A model generated the notes under the pieces. The model was not told the origin of the DNA and ran no database searches. It saw only the letters and a program-made list of their open reading frames with translations. A program made the translations under genes and the position numbers. This document shows, one piece after another, positions 52,301-62,568 of a DNA stretch of 64,000 bases; within the stretch, counting starts at the first letter, position 1; every line of letters begins with the position of its first letter. The DNA is from Ascidiella aspersa. Its lineage: Eukaryota. The stretch spans positions 22,010,001-22,074,000 of the forward strand of contig OZ004614.1 of assembly GCA_963924565.1 (NCBI GenBank), read 5' to 3'.

Positions 52301-55300
52301 CAGGGGTAACGACTGAGTTAACAACAAGTCATATTTAAAACGCTGATCGAAAACGCAATAACTTAAAAATGTGTTTGTATAGTTTCAACCCTTGAACGAC
52401 CTGCCCAAATTTTTTACAGGCATAAATTTAGGGGGGGGGGGGGGCAATATCGCACTATTTCTAGACGAGGGCCGGGCAGCAAAAAATGGCGACATTATCG
52501 CCTTATCCTTTAACGCTTCTCGACAGGCGCGCAAAAGATGGAACAGAATAGGCCACACGGCAGGTTCGCGAGCAAGCGAATCCAATCGATTAATTGACGC
52601 TAAATTATTTACGAGCCTGCTTGCGGCTCCGGGCGCTATGATTAATGCCGGCGTCGTTTCGTTTCTTGGGGAAAAGGGTGTGTGTGGGGGGGGGGGGGGG
52701 GTATTTCTTTCGGCCACACGCGCTAGTTTAGGCGAAGGTGTCTGTCGACTTTTGAGGAAAACAAAATAAAGAAAACACGGAAAAAGGGCTGTTGAAGAAC
52801 TAAGGCAGCCGACAATCTTTTCTGAGTTTTTTTTGGTTCTTTGCTTGCTTGCGTTTCATATAGAATTGCCTCCACTAGGAATGTCAGATATTAGTTGCTT
52901 ACGAAATGTGACGTCGCGGGACTTGCGATAAGTAACACGCGGGATGCTAAAATAGTTTCACACAGAATCGAGGAATTTTAGCCAAAGCTCGAAAAACTTT
53001 GATTTCTGTTGGCTTTTGGCGCATAAACATGTTTTTTACTGTGTCTTGCGCGTGTAAACATTTTGAAAACTGCATATTTGATACAGTTGGAGTCCAATAG
53101 ATTGTTATGTGATTGATCCCGGTACCTGGTCACCTTCAAGTGGGTTGGATGCAAAATATTAAGCCAAACTCGTTCAACTTGCGCGTTTATTTCTTTAAAT
53201 CTGCAAAAAAAATGAATTTTTTTGAAGAATAAAGAGGCAAATATGATGAGCAAACGTTCCAGCAGACCAGGAGTTCTTAAACTGGGGTCCATTAACCCCT
53301 ACGTAAGCTGGTCTTTGGGATCATGAAGGCCCAATTGAAATCTTAGGGTATAATTTGAAAGATGTTTTTTTTTCAAAAGAAAGGAGCTTGGTTAAAATAG
53401 GCGACTGGCGCCTTCTCTTAAAAAAACGCTCAAACTCCTTCGCTGCTACTTTTGCTACAGTTTGTCTCATGCATCAAGTAATTACTGACAAGCGCACGAG
53501 CGCTTTCCAGTTGTCGCAATGACGCGGCGGAAGCAGTGACGTCACACAAGTGGGTGATTAACAAACCGATGGTGGACGGCAAAGCAAACGGACGGTCACG
53601 AGATAATTAAATGTTTAAGAATAAATTTCGATCAGGCCACTCTAATTCGGACACATATTGACCACTTGGAATAAATCTCGAATGCAATTTGCGTGCAGAA
53701 ACTGTATTTTAAACTTTGAGATTATCCTGTGTTATTTTAAACTTTGAGATTATCCACATCTAAACTTTGAGATTATCAACGCTTAAACAATATAGAAAAA
53801 TTGCATCGTTTACCTTATTTTGCTACAAAATAGCATCAAGGATGTAAATTTTGCATTTAAATATTAGGGAATGCTTACACGAATATGTACATTTTTGTTG
53901 GTTGTTAGTAACACTAAAATTACCTTATTATCTGCGAAAATGTTCAAAATCGTTGAGTTCAATTTCCCGTTGATTAAAAAAAATGCAATTAGTTCCTAAT
54001 ATTGCGAGGATAAAGCACTTCGTTAAGGGTTATATTTTATCATTTATTCGCCAAGGATATTTGACCTTCCGTCGCCACGCGATCGCCCAGCAACATCGTT
54101 CGATATTATCACTGATCGTGGTCGAACTACGTCATAGCTACGTCACAAGATTACGCTTTGAGCGCGCAGCGATAAGATTGGGCGCCTGCCCGGGAGCGCG
54201 TGCCTGGCTCCACGCAATAACTTGGTGTCTTGTTGATGTGTGTTGTGTGCCGTTGTGTGTTTGATGGAACGAGGTATTACGTCACAGTTTTTATGCGATA
54301 AGACGCCTTTTTCTTTACATTTACTTGTACATTCTTTAGAACGGGGTCCACTGTTGGTTTTCTTTTGTTGTTTGTGCAGTATTATATATATTTTTTTCGC
54401 CTATAGTTGCAATTGTATTGCCCCAAGAAGATTGCCCGAAAAGGTAAACGAAACGTTGGCACTGTAATGAAGTTTTGCCGGAAGAGCAATTTTCCAATTA
54501 AAACAATGCCTGGCAGCAGCAGCATATTAATTTGTACGTGAAATTGCGCCATTTTTCGTCTTTCATTTCCAGCTTCGCTTGTATAGCCTTTTCACACACC
54601 CGTGTACGTTTAAACAAAAGGCTACATGCCATTCGCTTAGAATGTGCTAACACAAGAAAATATCGCAAAATGGAACAGATAGCCATGAATCCTATTCTAA
54701 GTCGGAAGAAAACCGGGCATCGAAAAAACTCTTTGCTGGTTTTGCGGGCTACATCGTCAAAATACAAGACGCTGTGATAAAAATAGGGAGTGTTTGAGCT
54801 TGCAATACACAAGCTGGCGATCCAATTAGTGCAAGTACTGTACAAAAAAAGGTAAAACGCTTCGACGCCTTCTGCAAGTCCTGCACATCAAACCTGGTGG
54901 TGTGTTGTACCAAATAAAACATATTTTAGTATAATTACATGTCTCAAGTAATTTTCTGAATCACTATAACAACAGCGACACCAAACCATGATCTTGATGT
55001 CTTTTTGTGATCATAGGCCAATGGCCTATTGCACCCAACCCCTGAGGGCCGCGCACCTGTGGTCGCATGTCCGTGCCACACATTTGGCCCAAAAATATAG
55101 ATCAACACCATACTTGAAATGTTCTACTTGGCCACGCAAAAGTACATGTTTGCGAATGGTCGACTGTTAATTAAGAAAAGCGGACTTGCAATAAAAAAAC
55201 TGGCTAAAAAAAGGTCGCCGTTAACAAGCGCAATGAAGCTATTCGTAGACGTGACGTTCAGCGCATGCGCAGTGCAGGCCGCAGTCAAGTCGTTGGTATT

Positions 55301-57793
55301 TGCAATATGCATTATTAAGAAGGCTCGTGCCGTCCGAGTTGAATCATATTCCGCTGGGGGCACGCCGTGACATTGCATAAGGAGGGAAAAGCTGACGACA
55401 AGGGCTTATTTGTAAACAATACGTGCGCACATCTGCAAGCCAGACGAAGCTGTATAACGGCTTGGAGATTTATTGTCGAGTGTGTCAATCTTTTAGGCTT
55501 AATGTTAAAAGCGGGCCTCGGTTCGTTGAACGGACGACAGAAAAACGTCCTGGCCACTTAAAGGACGCCAATTTAAATGTAAAATAGTTCGGAAATACTT
55601 GTCATAGTTAAGGGGCGGGTTTGAAGTTTACAAACTTTGTTTACATATTTACGACAATATTGTTTACACTTTGTTTTTTTTTTCTCGAGTGCTATTTTTG
55701 CTGTGATTTGGACGCCACCCTGCTGGGTTTGCAAATGATAGCTTGGGTGCTGAAATAAATTCAACCAAGTATACACTTTAAAATTTAGTGGCTGGATGTT
55801 ATTTCATTGAATAAACCGGCTTTAAATCTCAATGTAAATTCGCCAGGACCTGGCGTTCACTAGTGCAATTTGAAATCGGCGAAACTAACTATTTTCTGCT
55901 AAAAATCAAGAAGCAAAAAGCAAACTAAAGGCGCGTCAAAACAAAACTTGAATCGCGGGCGCTTTCTCCCAGGTACACTATGTTGATATAGGCTGCTATG
56001 GCGCCCCGCGAGCATGTCGTTGGGTTGCAAGTCGCCTTTGATCTTCGAGGTATCGGCTACCGCAATCGGAAAATGACTTCGCGACCAACCTTAATTTCCC
56101 TTGCTCGATAAACCGAATGCTATACAACTGGAACAACCGCAAGGGATGACACCTGATTTTTTTCGTATGCCGCCTGTAAAAATCGCCGCATCGCCTTTTT
56201 TTGCAATTTAAGTGAAGCAGGCATTCTCCTGGCAAGTTATTACAACGCGTGGTTCGCGTGCAACGTTAAACGTGGCAAGAATGTCAAAGCCCATGCAGGA
56301 GTAGGTATCATTTTGAACTTGTATGGGTTTTTTTAATTACTTTTTATTTACTTTTAATATTCTCTATACTTTTATATGGGCCTTGAAATTTTTAATAAGT
56401 CTTACTACAACCTCTACCTTTTGATGCTCAGTTAGATATCCTTGTGTTAGATGTTGCACTGAATATGTGAACTATAGAAATCACCTTGACCCTTGCAAGA
56501 TAAATGTCGACCTTAATTCCTGATCAGTAACAGTTCAAAATACTCTAGCACAGCTAGCAATTCAGGTCAGACACAATGAACAGATCTCAAAATATATATG
56601 TACTGACGATGCCTTTGTGGGCGAAATATATATATATATATATCTTTTCAGATCTGTTTATTGTGTCTGACCTAAATTGCTAGCTTTGCTAGAGTATGTT
56701 GCTGTCCTCGAGTTAGAATCTTGATATTTTACATAAAAACCTTCAACGGAAGAGTCGAACAAATCCCTATAGTCTGCGTTAAATTTCAAACTCGTGATCT
56801 CGGCTATTTAAGGATCGTCGTTTTCGAGTTAATGGTATACCAAGTGGTAGTATCGGTACTTGTCCGATACTAGAGTGGTATCGGCGCAGATCTGACACCG
56901 AATTAGTATGGAAATTTCAGTTTTTACGACCCAGTGCAGATATTTATACATTAAAAAGTCAAATTTTGGCCTAAAACCTTAAAATAAACGTTTCAATGTT
57001 TGAGCATAGCAATGACGTCATTGGTATCGGATCGGCTCGCGATACTTTTATCGAAAATATCGTGTATCGGCATCGAATTAAAATGTCCAGTATCGGACAA
57101 AAACAAAATTAGTTACAAAACATGACGTCATAAATTCGTAACATACGGCTTGGCTGCGAAGAACGTCGAACTACATTTCATAAACCGTTAATCGTACATC
57201 ACGTAAATAATTTGAGGTAAATTGCAGCATATTCACTTTTTTAGTTTAGTGTAAGTTTCATTTTATATATATTTTAGTCGCGATCAATGCGCAACAAAAA
57301 AAATTAGCCTCTATTTCAAGCGATGTTAAATAATATATAAATTGACAACCTTTATTTGTCTCCAACATAAGCAATTCAACCTTAAGAGTTAAATTTAACA
57401 GAAAAACAGTCGATTATTAACAATTGAAGGTTATTAAACTTTTAACGCGAAAGCAATTTATGGCTTAATAACTAAATAAAATTAAACCTTTGAACGCTTT
57501 AATTTCGCCCAATTTGCTTATTTGAGCATAATGAAAAAAAGGTACACGGTGGCAGAAAATAAAGTTTTCTTTTTTATAAAGTTTCATTTTATATATATTT
57601 TAGTCGTGATCAATGCGCAACAAAATCCCTGTGTTTCTGGAAACTTTTCTAGCCTTAAATTGGCGGAGTGTTGCTTGTACGACTTACATGCCGAGTTTGG
57701 GGGGAACTTGTCGCGATGATCGTTGCACGTGGCCAGCAGCCGATAGCAGAGGTCAAGGTCATATCCGGGCTTGCCTGCTACGTCACTTACAAC
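22322..57793 (-). CDS. ZMIZ1: Zinc finger MIZ domain-containing protein (ZMIZ1/2 co-orthologue), 18 coding exons in window; N-terminal exons presumably beyond the right edge
   Basis: Exons 57793-57688, 47248-47083, 46681-46351, 45554-45420, 35099-34845, 34245-33997, 33548-33416, 29956-29821, 28968-28890, 28579-28448, 27980-27875, 27624-27440, 27072-27005, 26249-25792, 25360-25229, 23804-23629, 23422-23063, 22390-22322 (3276 nt, GT-AG, phases consistent). Motifs: [21 protein letters not shown], poly-Ala/[56 protein letters not shown]...[18 protein letters not shown]...WLCPIC. Confidence 0.93.
22556..22640 (+). repeat. Dispersed repeat family (AAGGTGCTG...GGTAGGGC...TTGAACTGC)
   Basis: Homologous copies at about 42545-42625 and partial copies at about 22880 and 27340. 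Confidence 0.6.
23063..23422 (-). CDS. ZMIZ1: ZMIZ exon
   Basis: [10 protein letters not shown]...[13 protein letters not shown]|gtaagt. Confidence 0.85.
23629..23804 (-). CDS. ZMIZ1: ZMIZ exon
   Basis: (G)FPHSYDL...NDMVAIEKR...NSPN|gtgagt. Confidence 0.85.
24772..25060. mobile_element. hAT-like MITE (CAGTG family)
   Basis: Perfect TIR cagtggttctcaacc / ggttgagaaccactg; TSD degenerate. Confidence 0.8.
25229..25360 (-). CDS. ZMIZ1: ZMIZ exon
   Basis: (H)KRVRSVTSP...DNGSY|gtaaga. Confidence 0.85.
25792..26249 (-). CDS. ZMIZ1: ZMIZ exon
   Basis: [18 protein letters not shown]...IDANCNWTP...[10 protein letters not shown]|gtaagt. Confidence 0.9.
26392..26429 (+). ncRNA. Minimal type I hammerhead ribozyme motif, family A
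   Basis: GCA-CTGATGA-T-GGCAA-aagaaa-TTGCC-GAAACGT-T-TGC; the surrounding element lies between (TA)n runs at about 26318-26347 and 26516-26534. Confidence 0.75.
27005..27072 (-). CDS. ZMIZ1: ZMIZ exon (SP-RING part 2)
   Basis: [22 protein letters not shown]|gtaagt. Confidence 0.93.
27440..27624 (-). CDS. ZMIZ1: ZMIZ exon (SP-RING part 1)
   Basis: ...[27 protein letters not shown]|gt. Confidence 0.93.
27875..27980 (-). CDS. ZMIZ1: ZMIZ exon
   Basis: [35 protein letters not shown]|gtaagt. Confidence 0.92.
28448..28579 (-). CDS. ZMIZ1: ZMIZ exon
   Basis: [13 protein letters not shown]...[26 protein letters not shown]|gtaagt. Confidence 0.92.
28890..28968 (-). CDS. ZMIZ1: ZMIZ exon
   Basis: [26 protein letters not shown]|gt. 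Confidence 0.92.
29470..29686. mobile_element. Fold-back element, 80-bp arms (76/80), each arm carrying a hammerhead motif
   Basis: Arms 29470-29549 and 29607-29686; consensus GCC-CTGAAGA-A-GATTACC-cgtgta-GGTAATC-GAAACGT-C-GGC. Confidence 0.8.
29821..29956 (-). CDS. ZMIZ1: ZMIZ exon
   Basis: [44 protein letters not shown]|gtaagt. Confidence 0.92.
30055..30325. mobile_element. hAT-like MITE (CAGTG family)
   Basis: cagtggttctcaacc / ggctgagaaacactg; perfect TSD ctatagtg. Confidence 0.85.
31276..31570. mobile_element. hAT-like MITE, same subfamily as 30055
   Basis: Shared 5' interior (ggcaccctggggtg...gctcaaggg...aatctgattt); TSD 6/8. Confidence 0.7.
33416..33548 (-). CDS. ZMIZ1: ZMIZ exon
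   Basis: VRPLSFP...[21 protein letters not shown]...EKQ|gtgagc. Confidence 0.9.
33997..34245 (-). CDS. ZMIZ1: ZMIZ exon
   Basis: ag|[13 protein letters not shown]...PPHYPNE|gtgagt. Confidence 0.85.
34845..35099 (-). CDS. ZMIZ1: ZMIZ Pro/Gln/Gly-rich exon
   Basis: ag|[14 protein letters not shown]...MYSPNQ|gt. Confidence 0.85.
37659..37813 (-). promoter_or_regulatory. Candidate internal ZMIZ promoter and alternative first exon
   Basis: On the minus strand: TATAAAA at 37787-37781, Inr-like TCAGA about 32 nt downstream, CCAAT box at 37809-37813, donor CAG|GTAATG at 37659/37658. Confidence 0.4.
40615..40867. mobile_element. Older fold-back element (about 110-bp imperfect arms) with a decayed hammerhead at its centre
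   Basis: aggaggccacaatacc...taccgatgtttcgataacctata pairs with tataggttaacgaaacgtcggta...ggaattgtgacatcct; CTAATGA-A-G...CGAAACGTC at 40739-40774. Confidence 0.7.
40941..41155. mobile_element. hAT-like MITE (CAGTG family)
   Basis: Perfect TSD atctagca; right TIR partly deleted. Confidence 0.75.
44370..44805. mobile_element. hAT-like MITE
   Basis: cagtgtttcttaaac / gtttaagaagcactg; perfect TSD atgtaaag. Confidence 0.85.
45117..45369. mobile_element. hAT-like MITE (CAGGGG family) with duplicated left end
   Basis: caggggtt.caacc / ggttgggaacccctg; perfect TSD ctttaaag; second left-end copy at about 45155. Confidence 0.8.
45420..45554 (-). CDS. ZMIZ1: ZMIZ alanine-rich exon
   Basis: SHPP(A)16[25 protein letters not shown]|gtaagt. 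Confidence 0.9.
46351..46681 (-). CDS. ZMIZ1: ZMIZ exon
   Basis: GWSQGG...[16 protein letters not shown]...HMGNEQ|gtgagg. Confidence 0.9.
47083..47248 (-). CDS. ZMIZ1: ZMIZ exon
   Basis: ag|(S)[22 protein letters not shown]...HMGN(R)|gtgagt. Confidence 0.85.
48535..48815 (+). mobile_element. Penelope-like/retrozyme-like repeat, family B, with hammerhead at 48716-48750 and an internal palindrome at 48577-48666
   Basis: ATA-CTGACGA-T-GCC-ttagtt-GGC-GAAATAT-A-TAT; 5' and 3' blocks shared with 56452-56705. Confidence 0.7.
49349..49697. mobile_element. hAT-like MITE
   Basis: cagcg..gttcc / ggaaccgctg; TSD atttagat/gtttagat. Confidence 0.65.
50509..50885. mobile_element. TAGGG-family MITE
   Basis: taggga... 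/ tatcggaaacccta; TSD gttacaca/gttacacg. Confidence 0.75.
56452..56705 (+). mobile_element. Penelope-like/retrozyme-like repeat, family B; hammerhead (56600-56635) in the loop of a roughly 55-bp-arm inverted repeat
   Basis: CTGACGA-T-GCC-tttgtg-GGC-GAAATAT-A; arms at about 56540-56599 and 56635-56697. Confidence 0.72.
57688..57793 (-). CDS. ZMIZ1: ZMIZ exon (N-terminal domain)
   Basis: ag|[35 protein letters not shown]|gtaagt. Confidence 0.9.
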
Positions 57794-57928
57794 CTGAAAA
57801 GGAAGGCAGAGCGTTAATTTGCGCGAAAATGTGCGAAATTTGCCTCAACATTTACTTTTAAAAGGTAGCAGGTTCGAAAAGCAAAGAACAGCAATTTTTA
57901 TTCTCACACGATTTGCCGGCAGTTCCCA

Positions 57929-58415
57929 ACAGGCAGTCGAACCGGACTCTAACCAAAACTTTTTTTTCGGTTTTGGGCAATTTTGTTCGAACTTTAACCG
58001 AACCCGAACCTGTCAAAACCGGTTCACTCCAGCATTACGTCACAACTTTTGAGTTATGTCGTGTTTGAAAGTTTTAAAAAAAAATTATCAAATAAAACAT
58101 TTTTTATTTTTAAGATATTTCAATAATGGGATGCTTGATTTTTAATGCGTCGCAAAACTTGAATTAAATACGAGTTGCAATTTAATAATTATTCTCTAGA
58201 TCTATTGAACCACATTTCAGATATAACGCATCTCATTTTGTATCCGAACCGGCATTTAATAAACCGGTTTTGAAAATAAACTTAGCCGAACCGGAGCTGT
58301 AATGAACTGTTTAATTGCTCCGAACCGAAACCAGAGCTGAACCGGATTTCGACAAAATCCTTGGAGCCAAACCGAACCGAAATGAAACGGGAAAGGCAGA
58401 CGGTTCGACTCTCTA
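57929..58415. mobile_element. MITE with AACCG internal repeats
   Basis: agtcgaaccg / cggttcgact termini; many gaaccg/aaccgg motifs. Confidence 0.65.
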
Positions 58416-61400
58416 AATTCCAACAATTTGACATATTTTGACCAATTTGCTTTCTATAGCAACAAACAGAAACTGTGATGAAGGGTTCGCCGTTTACCGA
58501 AACAAATTAAAGCGCCGTTGGTAGGCGTTTACTAATCTGTTTTTTTTTTCGTCTAACGCGCGCAACATTCGTCATCCGATCGAGAAGCCAAGAAAATGGA
58601 GGTGGCGCAAAAGACATTTCGAGGAGACGCTCCCGCAAAACGTCATGACACCTTAACCGAATTAAAGTCAGAGCCCTTGGCGTCGTGCGCAGGACTGCAG
58701 CGGTGGCGCCGCGAAAACATCAAAAGCGTAATTATTAAAGCCGATCCATTATTCATGCATCGAGGAATGGAACCAAGGGGAGCAACGCTATACGAGTGCT
58801 TATTCTTGTTTTTGGATCCAACAGAAAGTGCCCACTTCTCGTTCGGCGATTTAAAACCTGCTTTCGCAATACTTTTGTCGCACAGGTTTTTTGTTTTATC
58901 GTTTGTGTGTGCGTTACTGTTTCCATATTTATCGATTCCTAACACGAGGCATACCAGCCATTGAATGAAAATGGTCTTATTTGTTAAAATGCACATATCA
59001 CACATATGGAATAATAAGGTTACAATTTGATACAATTTAAACGACAATATTTACAACAAGCTCACTAATAGACAGAAACAGCGATGGTGATTATTATATG
59101 CCATAAGTTAGCATTGAATATTTTCCAGCCTGTTGTTCGTTCTCTCTCTCTCTCTCTCTTTCTTTCCTTATTTATTTCTTTTTTCTTTCTTTCTCACTCA
59201 TGTAAATTATATCGCGTTTTCACTTATGTACCTCGCCTTTCACGCTTTATTTCTTATGTTATCACGTTTTCTGCTGGCACCTACTCATAAGTTACATTCG
59301 GCCCTCAAACCCTTTTGTTCCCTCGTTGTAGTGGTTTGGGCGAAAAAAAAAAGGAAAAATGTCGGAGAACTTTTCGAAAACTTTTTGTAATTTTGTTTTA
59401 AACATTTCAAGCTCCTTTTTAGACGTTGGCCGCTTTTAATTGTTTTATGCCTTTGCTTATTTTATTTACGTTTCCTCTATATTAAATACAGAAGAAGACT
59501 TCGTGTAGCGCTTAGCATTCGACAGGCCATTAAATAGGGATTCTGAGAAGGGTGTATCACTTTCACGGTCAGCGCCCTGGTTTCTACGACCACTTGAACG
59601 GTTCTTTTGGCGCCATTTAATGCCACCAGGTTTGTCAGCTAACCAGTAGGTTAAGAAGTGATTGGTGTTGGGTAAACCCTTTGAATTTTTCGGAACGGAA
59701 GTATAAGCAAGAAATAGAGCTGTATTCATTTGCAAACACCCGAAAAAAATTCTCCCCAGCAAAATATCCCTGCGTTGGAACATTGGGGATGCTGAAACTT
59801 GACGCTTTGGTCCAAAACCGAAAAAAATTTGAAGATAATATCCTAGAATAAAAATCTTTTATTTTGTTTATTTGAGCGTAATAATGACGTCATTTGGTGT
59901 CGGGTCGGATCGCGCAGTAGAAACTGCAAAAATGAAAACTCTCGCGATCCGATAACAAATGACGTCACTACTAAGCGCAAAAGTACTAAATGAAAACAAT
60001 TTAAAGATTTTTTTTAAGTTATTGGATCAAAATCAATTTGGTATGGGGTCGGCACCGATACGACCTTGTATCGGACGATAAGCGATACCGTATCACTTGG
60101 TATCGGCTCTGATCCTAGTTGGACCGCCAAAACTGCCTACAATAAACTGTTTGTAGCACCCTTACACGGCGTCAAATCGAGCGCCTTCGCGACACGCGTC
60201 ACATATGATGCGCGCGGCACGCGACATGCGACGTCGTTGGCGATGGAGGCGAAAATCGATCGGGGCAGTTTAATTATTGATATATGCGGCGTGATGTCGC
60301 CTGTTGAGGCTTTGCACCCGCTTCACGTTCCATCAAATTCGGCGTTTTTTTTTCTTCCAACAAGGCTTTATCTCTTTTTACAAATGCATTTATTTTCTAC
60401 ATCAACAACCGATTTTATGTTGCGATTGGATTTCTTAGATTTCAACAAATATTGTGCGACTGAAATGCGCTCCACAAAATCGCTCATATTTGTGTAATTT
60501 AAAAAACAGCGTGAGTTTAAAGAATAGATAAAGATCTGAAATTCTTAACTCGTTGTTTGGGGGCAATTTTGCCAAATCACTTTAAAATAGAACGAATCCT
60601 TAAAAACAGCGCAGCACGGTTTACTACACGCATTCCCAGCATCACCAACAAAGCCAGCGTTCTGATCACATGTGTTTCCGCTCGCTTTCATAAGCATGCA
60701 ACGACCGAGAAAGTAAAGCGCATTTCAACCCCACTTCCAATATCAACTTTCACAAGAACGAACCGGGCATTTTTTTGTTCGAGCCGCAATTGAAAAGTAG
60801 CAAAGTGGAACGAAGGGTGATGACCGTCTTTTGATCGTCGCAAGAGTGCGCCAACAGTAGCGAGCCGGTCATCCCTTTAGCCCCCACCTCCCCCAGAGAG
60901 CGATACAGCCCCACGTTTGACAGAATCCAGTACGCCTGACAGGGGTTAGAAGGGTGTGGGGTTCAGCTCGTTTTGAGGAATTCGGAAACGCTACAGAGGG
61001 TAAGGCTAATCGACGCTATATAGGCGGCGGAAAACAACGGTCTTGACTTTGAGACGCGTCTGCCAAACTGCCGGAAGTTCGAGTGCTTGTTTGCAATACA
61101 TTTATTTCATGTAGGTGCGCGGCGAATTATTATATTCAGCCTTGAGTAGCTAATGTGTGAGAAAGAAACGAAAAACTCGTGCTGCAGAAAATGGCGTATA
61201 CCGTGACCATTTTAATCGAACGGGCATATTTTATTTTTATTTTGGCGAAAGGCTAACCTTTTATTCTTTTCTATTTAGGCGTAAAGCGGAATCTTATATC
61301 TTTTTACGAGGAAATCTAAATCGGCTTTCTCCCAATAAAAACCCTTAACACATCAACGGGTATTTTTTCCCGTTGCTAAAAATCTACAAAAACAAACGAG

Positions 61401-62268
61401 CCTGCTAAAAAGCGTTTAGAAAAATAGAAAACCTGATTTAGAAAAAATAGAAAACCTGAGTGTGTGAAAAACGAGCAAAAATGTATTTTCCCATTAAAAG
61501 GGCCTATATGCATATTTACCCGACAAAGCAGCCCCAACCCTTCCACACTCATACCCAAAGTCACGATTTTTCGATTTGAACGCCAGCACCTGTCCTAAAG
61601 GTCGCCAAGGTCGCACGGGCACTCGTTACCTTGCGAGTGTTTTTTTGAGGCTTGAACTAAAAACATTTTTTTTTGGGAGGGGGGCGAAAAAATTTTTTTT
61701 TTTCTTTGGCACGAAAAAAAAAATTCAAACAGAGTCAGTCTGTCGGGGGCGGGCAACCTCAGACTGGCGGACATGCCTGGGGATCGTAGCACTCGTTGGG
61801 GTAACCCGATCGGGCATTTACGCTGCAGGAGCCACGGCGCTTCTGAGAAGCTTTGACTGCATGGGTCGCTTTCCTTTCTGGGGCTCTCTTAAAAAAACGG
61901 CCCCAGATCGCGCTCTACGTGGAAGCGTGGCTGGGTGATTGGCAGGTTGTAGGTCGGAAACCAACTTCTTAGAGCTATTTGCTTCAACTTGTACGCGTAA
62001 TCATCATGAATTTGTTTAACGAGCAAGTGTCAGCGCGGCCGAATTTCGATTTTTTTGATAAGTGTATGCTGTGCAAATAAAGTTAGGGAGTTTAAATCGA
62101 CGGTATTCGGTTTTCCCATGCTGTAGCTTCTGAAATACTAAATAACGAATTTCAACGCTAGTAGCGGTCGAAAAGTTGACAAACCATTTTAAGTTTTTCG
62201 TTCAACCACAACAAAAAAAATTAGGAAAAAAAAATCAAAAAAATTCGTCGAACCATTTTAAACTAACT

Positions 62269-62568
62269 CAGTGTTTTTCAACCTTTTTCGCGGCGGCCCA
62301 AATATTATGTGTAAATATGACGAGTAAGGTTCAGCCACCTAATTGTTTTTTTCTTGTAAGCGAAATAAAAGCTAGGCATTGGCATAAAGAATTTCGAATT
62401 TTAATAACTATACATTATTTGTATTGCTTCCTTAATTTTCCTAACTGAGAAATTTTGCTCAGAAACAATCCCAATTAGTAAAAACATGTGAATTAATGCA
62501 GTCAGCGACCCAACCAAATCAAACAGCGACCCAATTTTGGGTCGCGACCCATAGGTTGAGAAGCACTG
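62269..62568. mobile_element. hAT-like MITE (CAGTG family)
   Basis: cagtgtttttcaacc / ggttgagaagcactg; TSD aactaact/cactaact. Confidence 0.8.

Noticed and set aside
53705-53778. Short direct repeats with spacers (also 8228-8302, 19605-19632, 37365-37405, 40866-40910, 43690-43985)
   Set aside because: Only 2-3 irregular copies, eukaryotic context and no cas genes; these are ordinary local duplications, not CRISPR.
59500-59600. Minus-strand peptide PFSESLFNGLS resembling the missing ZMIZ N-terminal exon
   Set aside because: No splice donor at the required position and the rest of the motif does not match; the true exon is probably outside the window.
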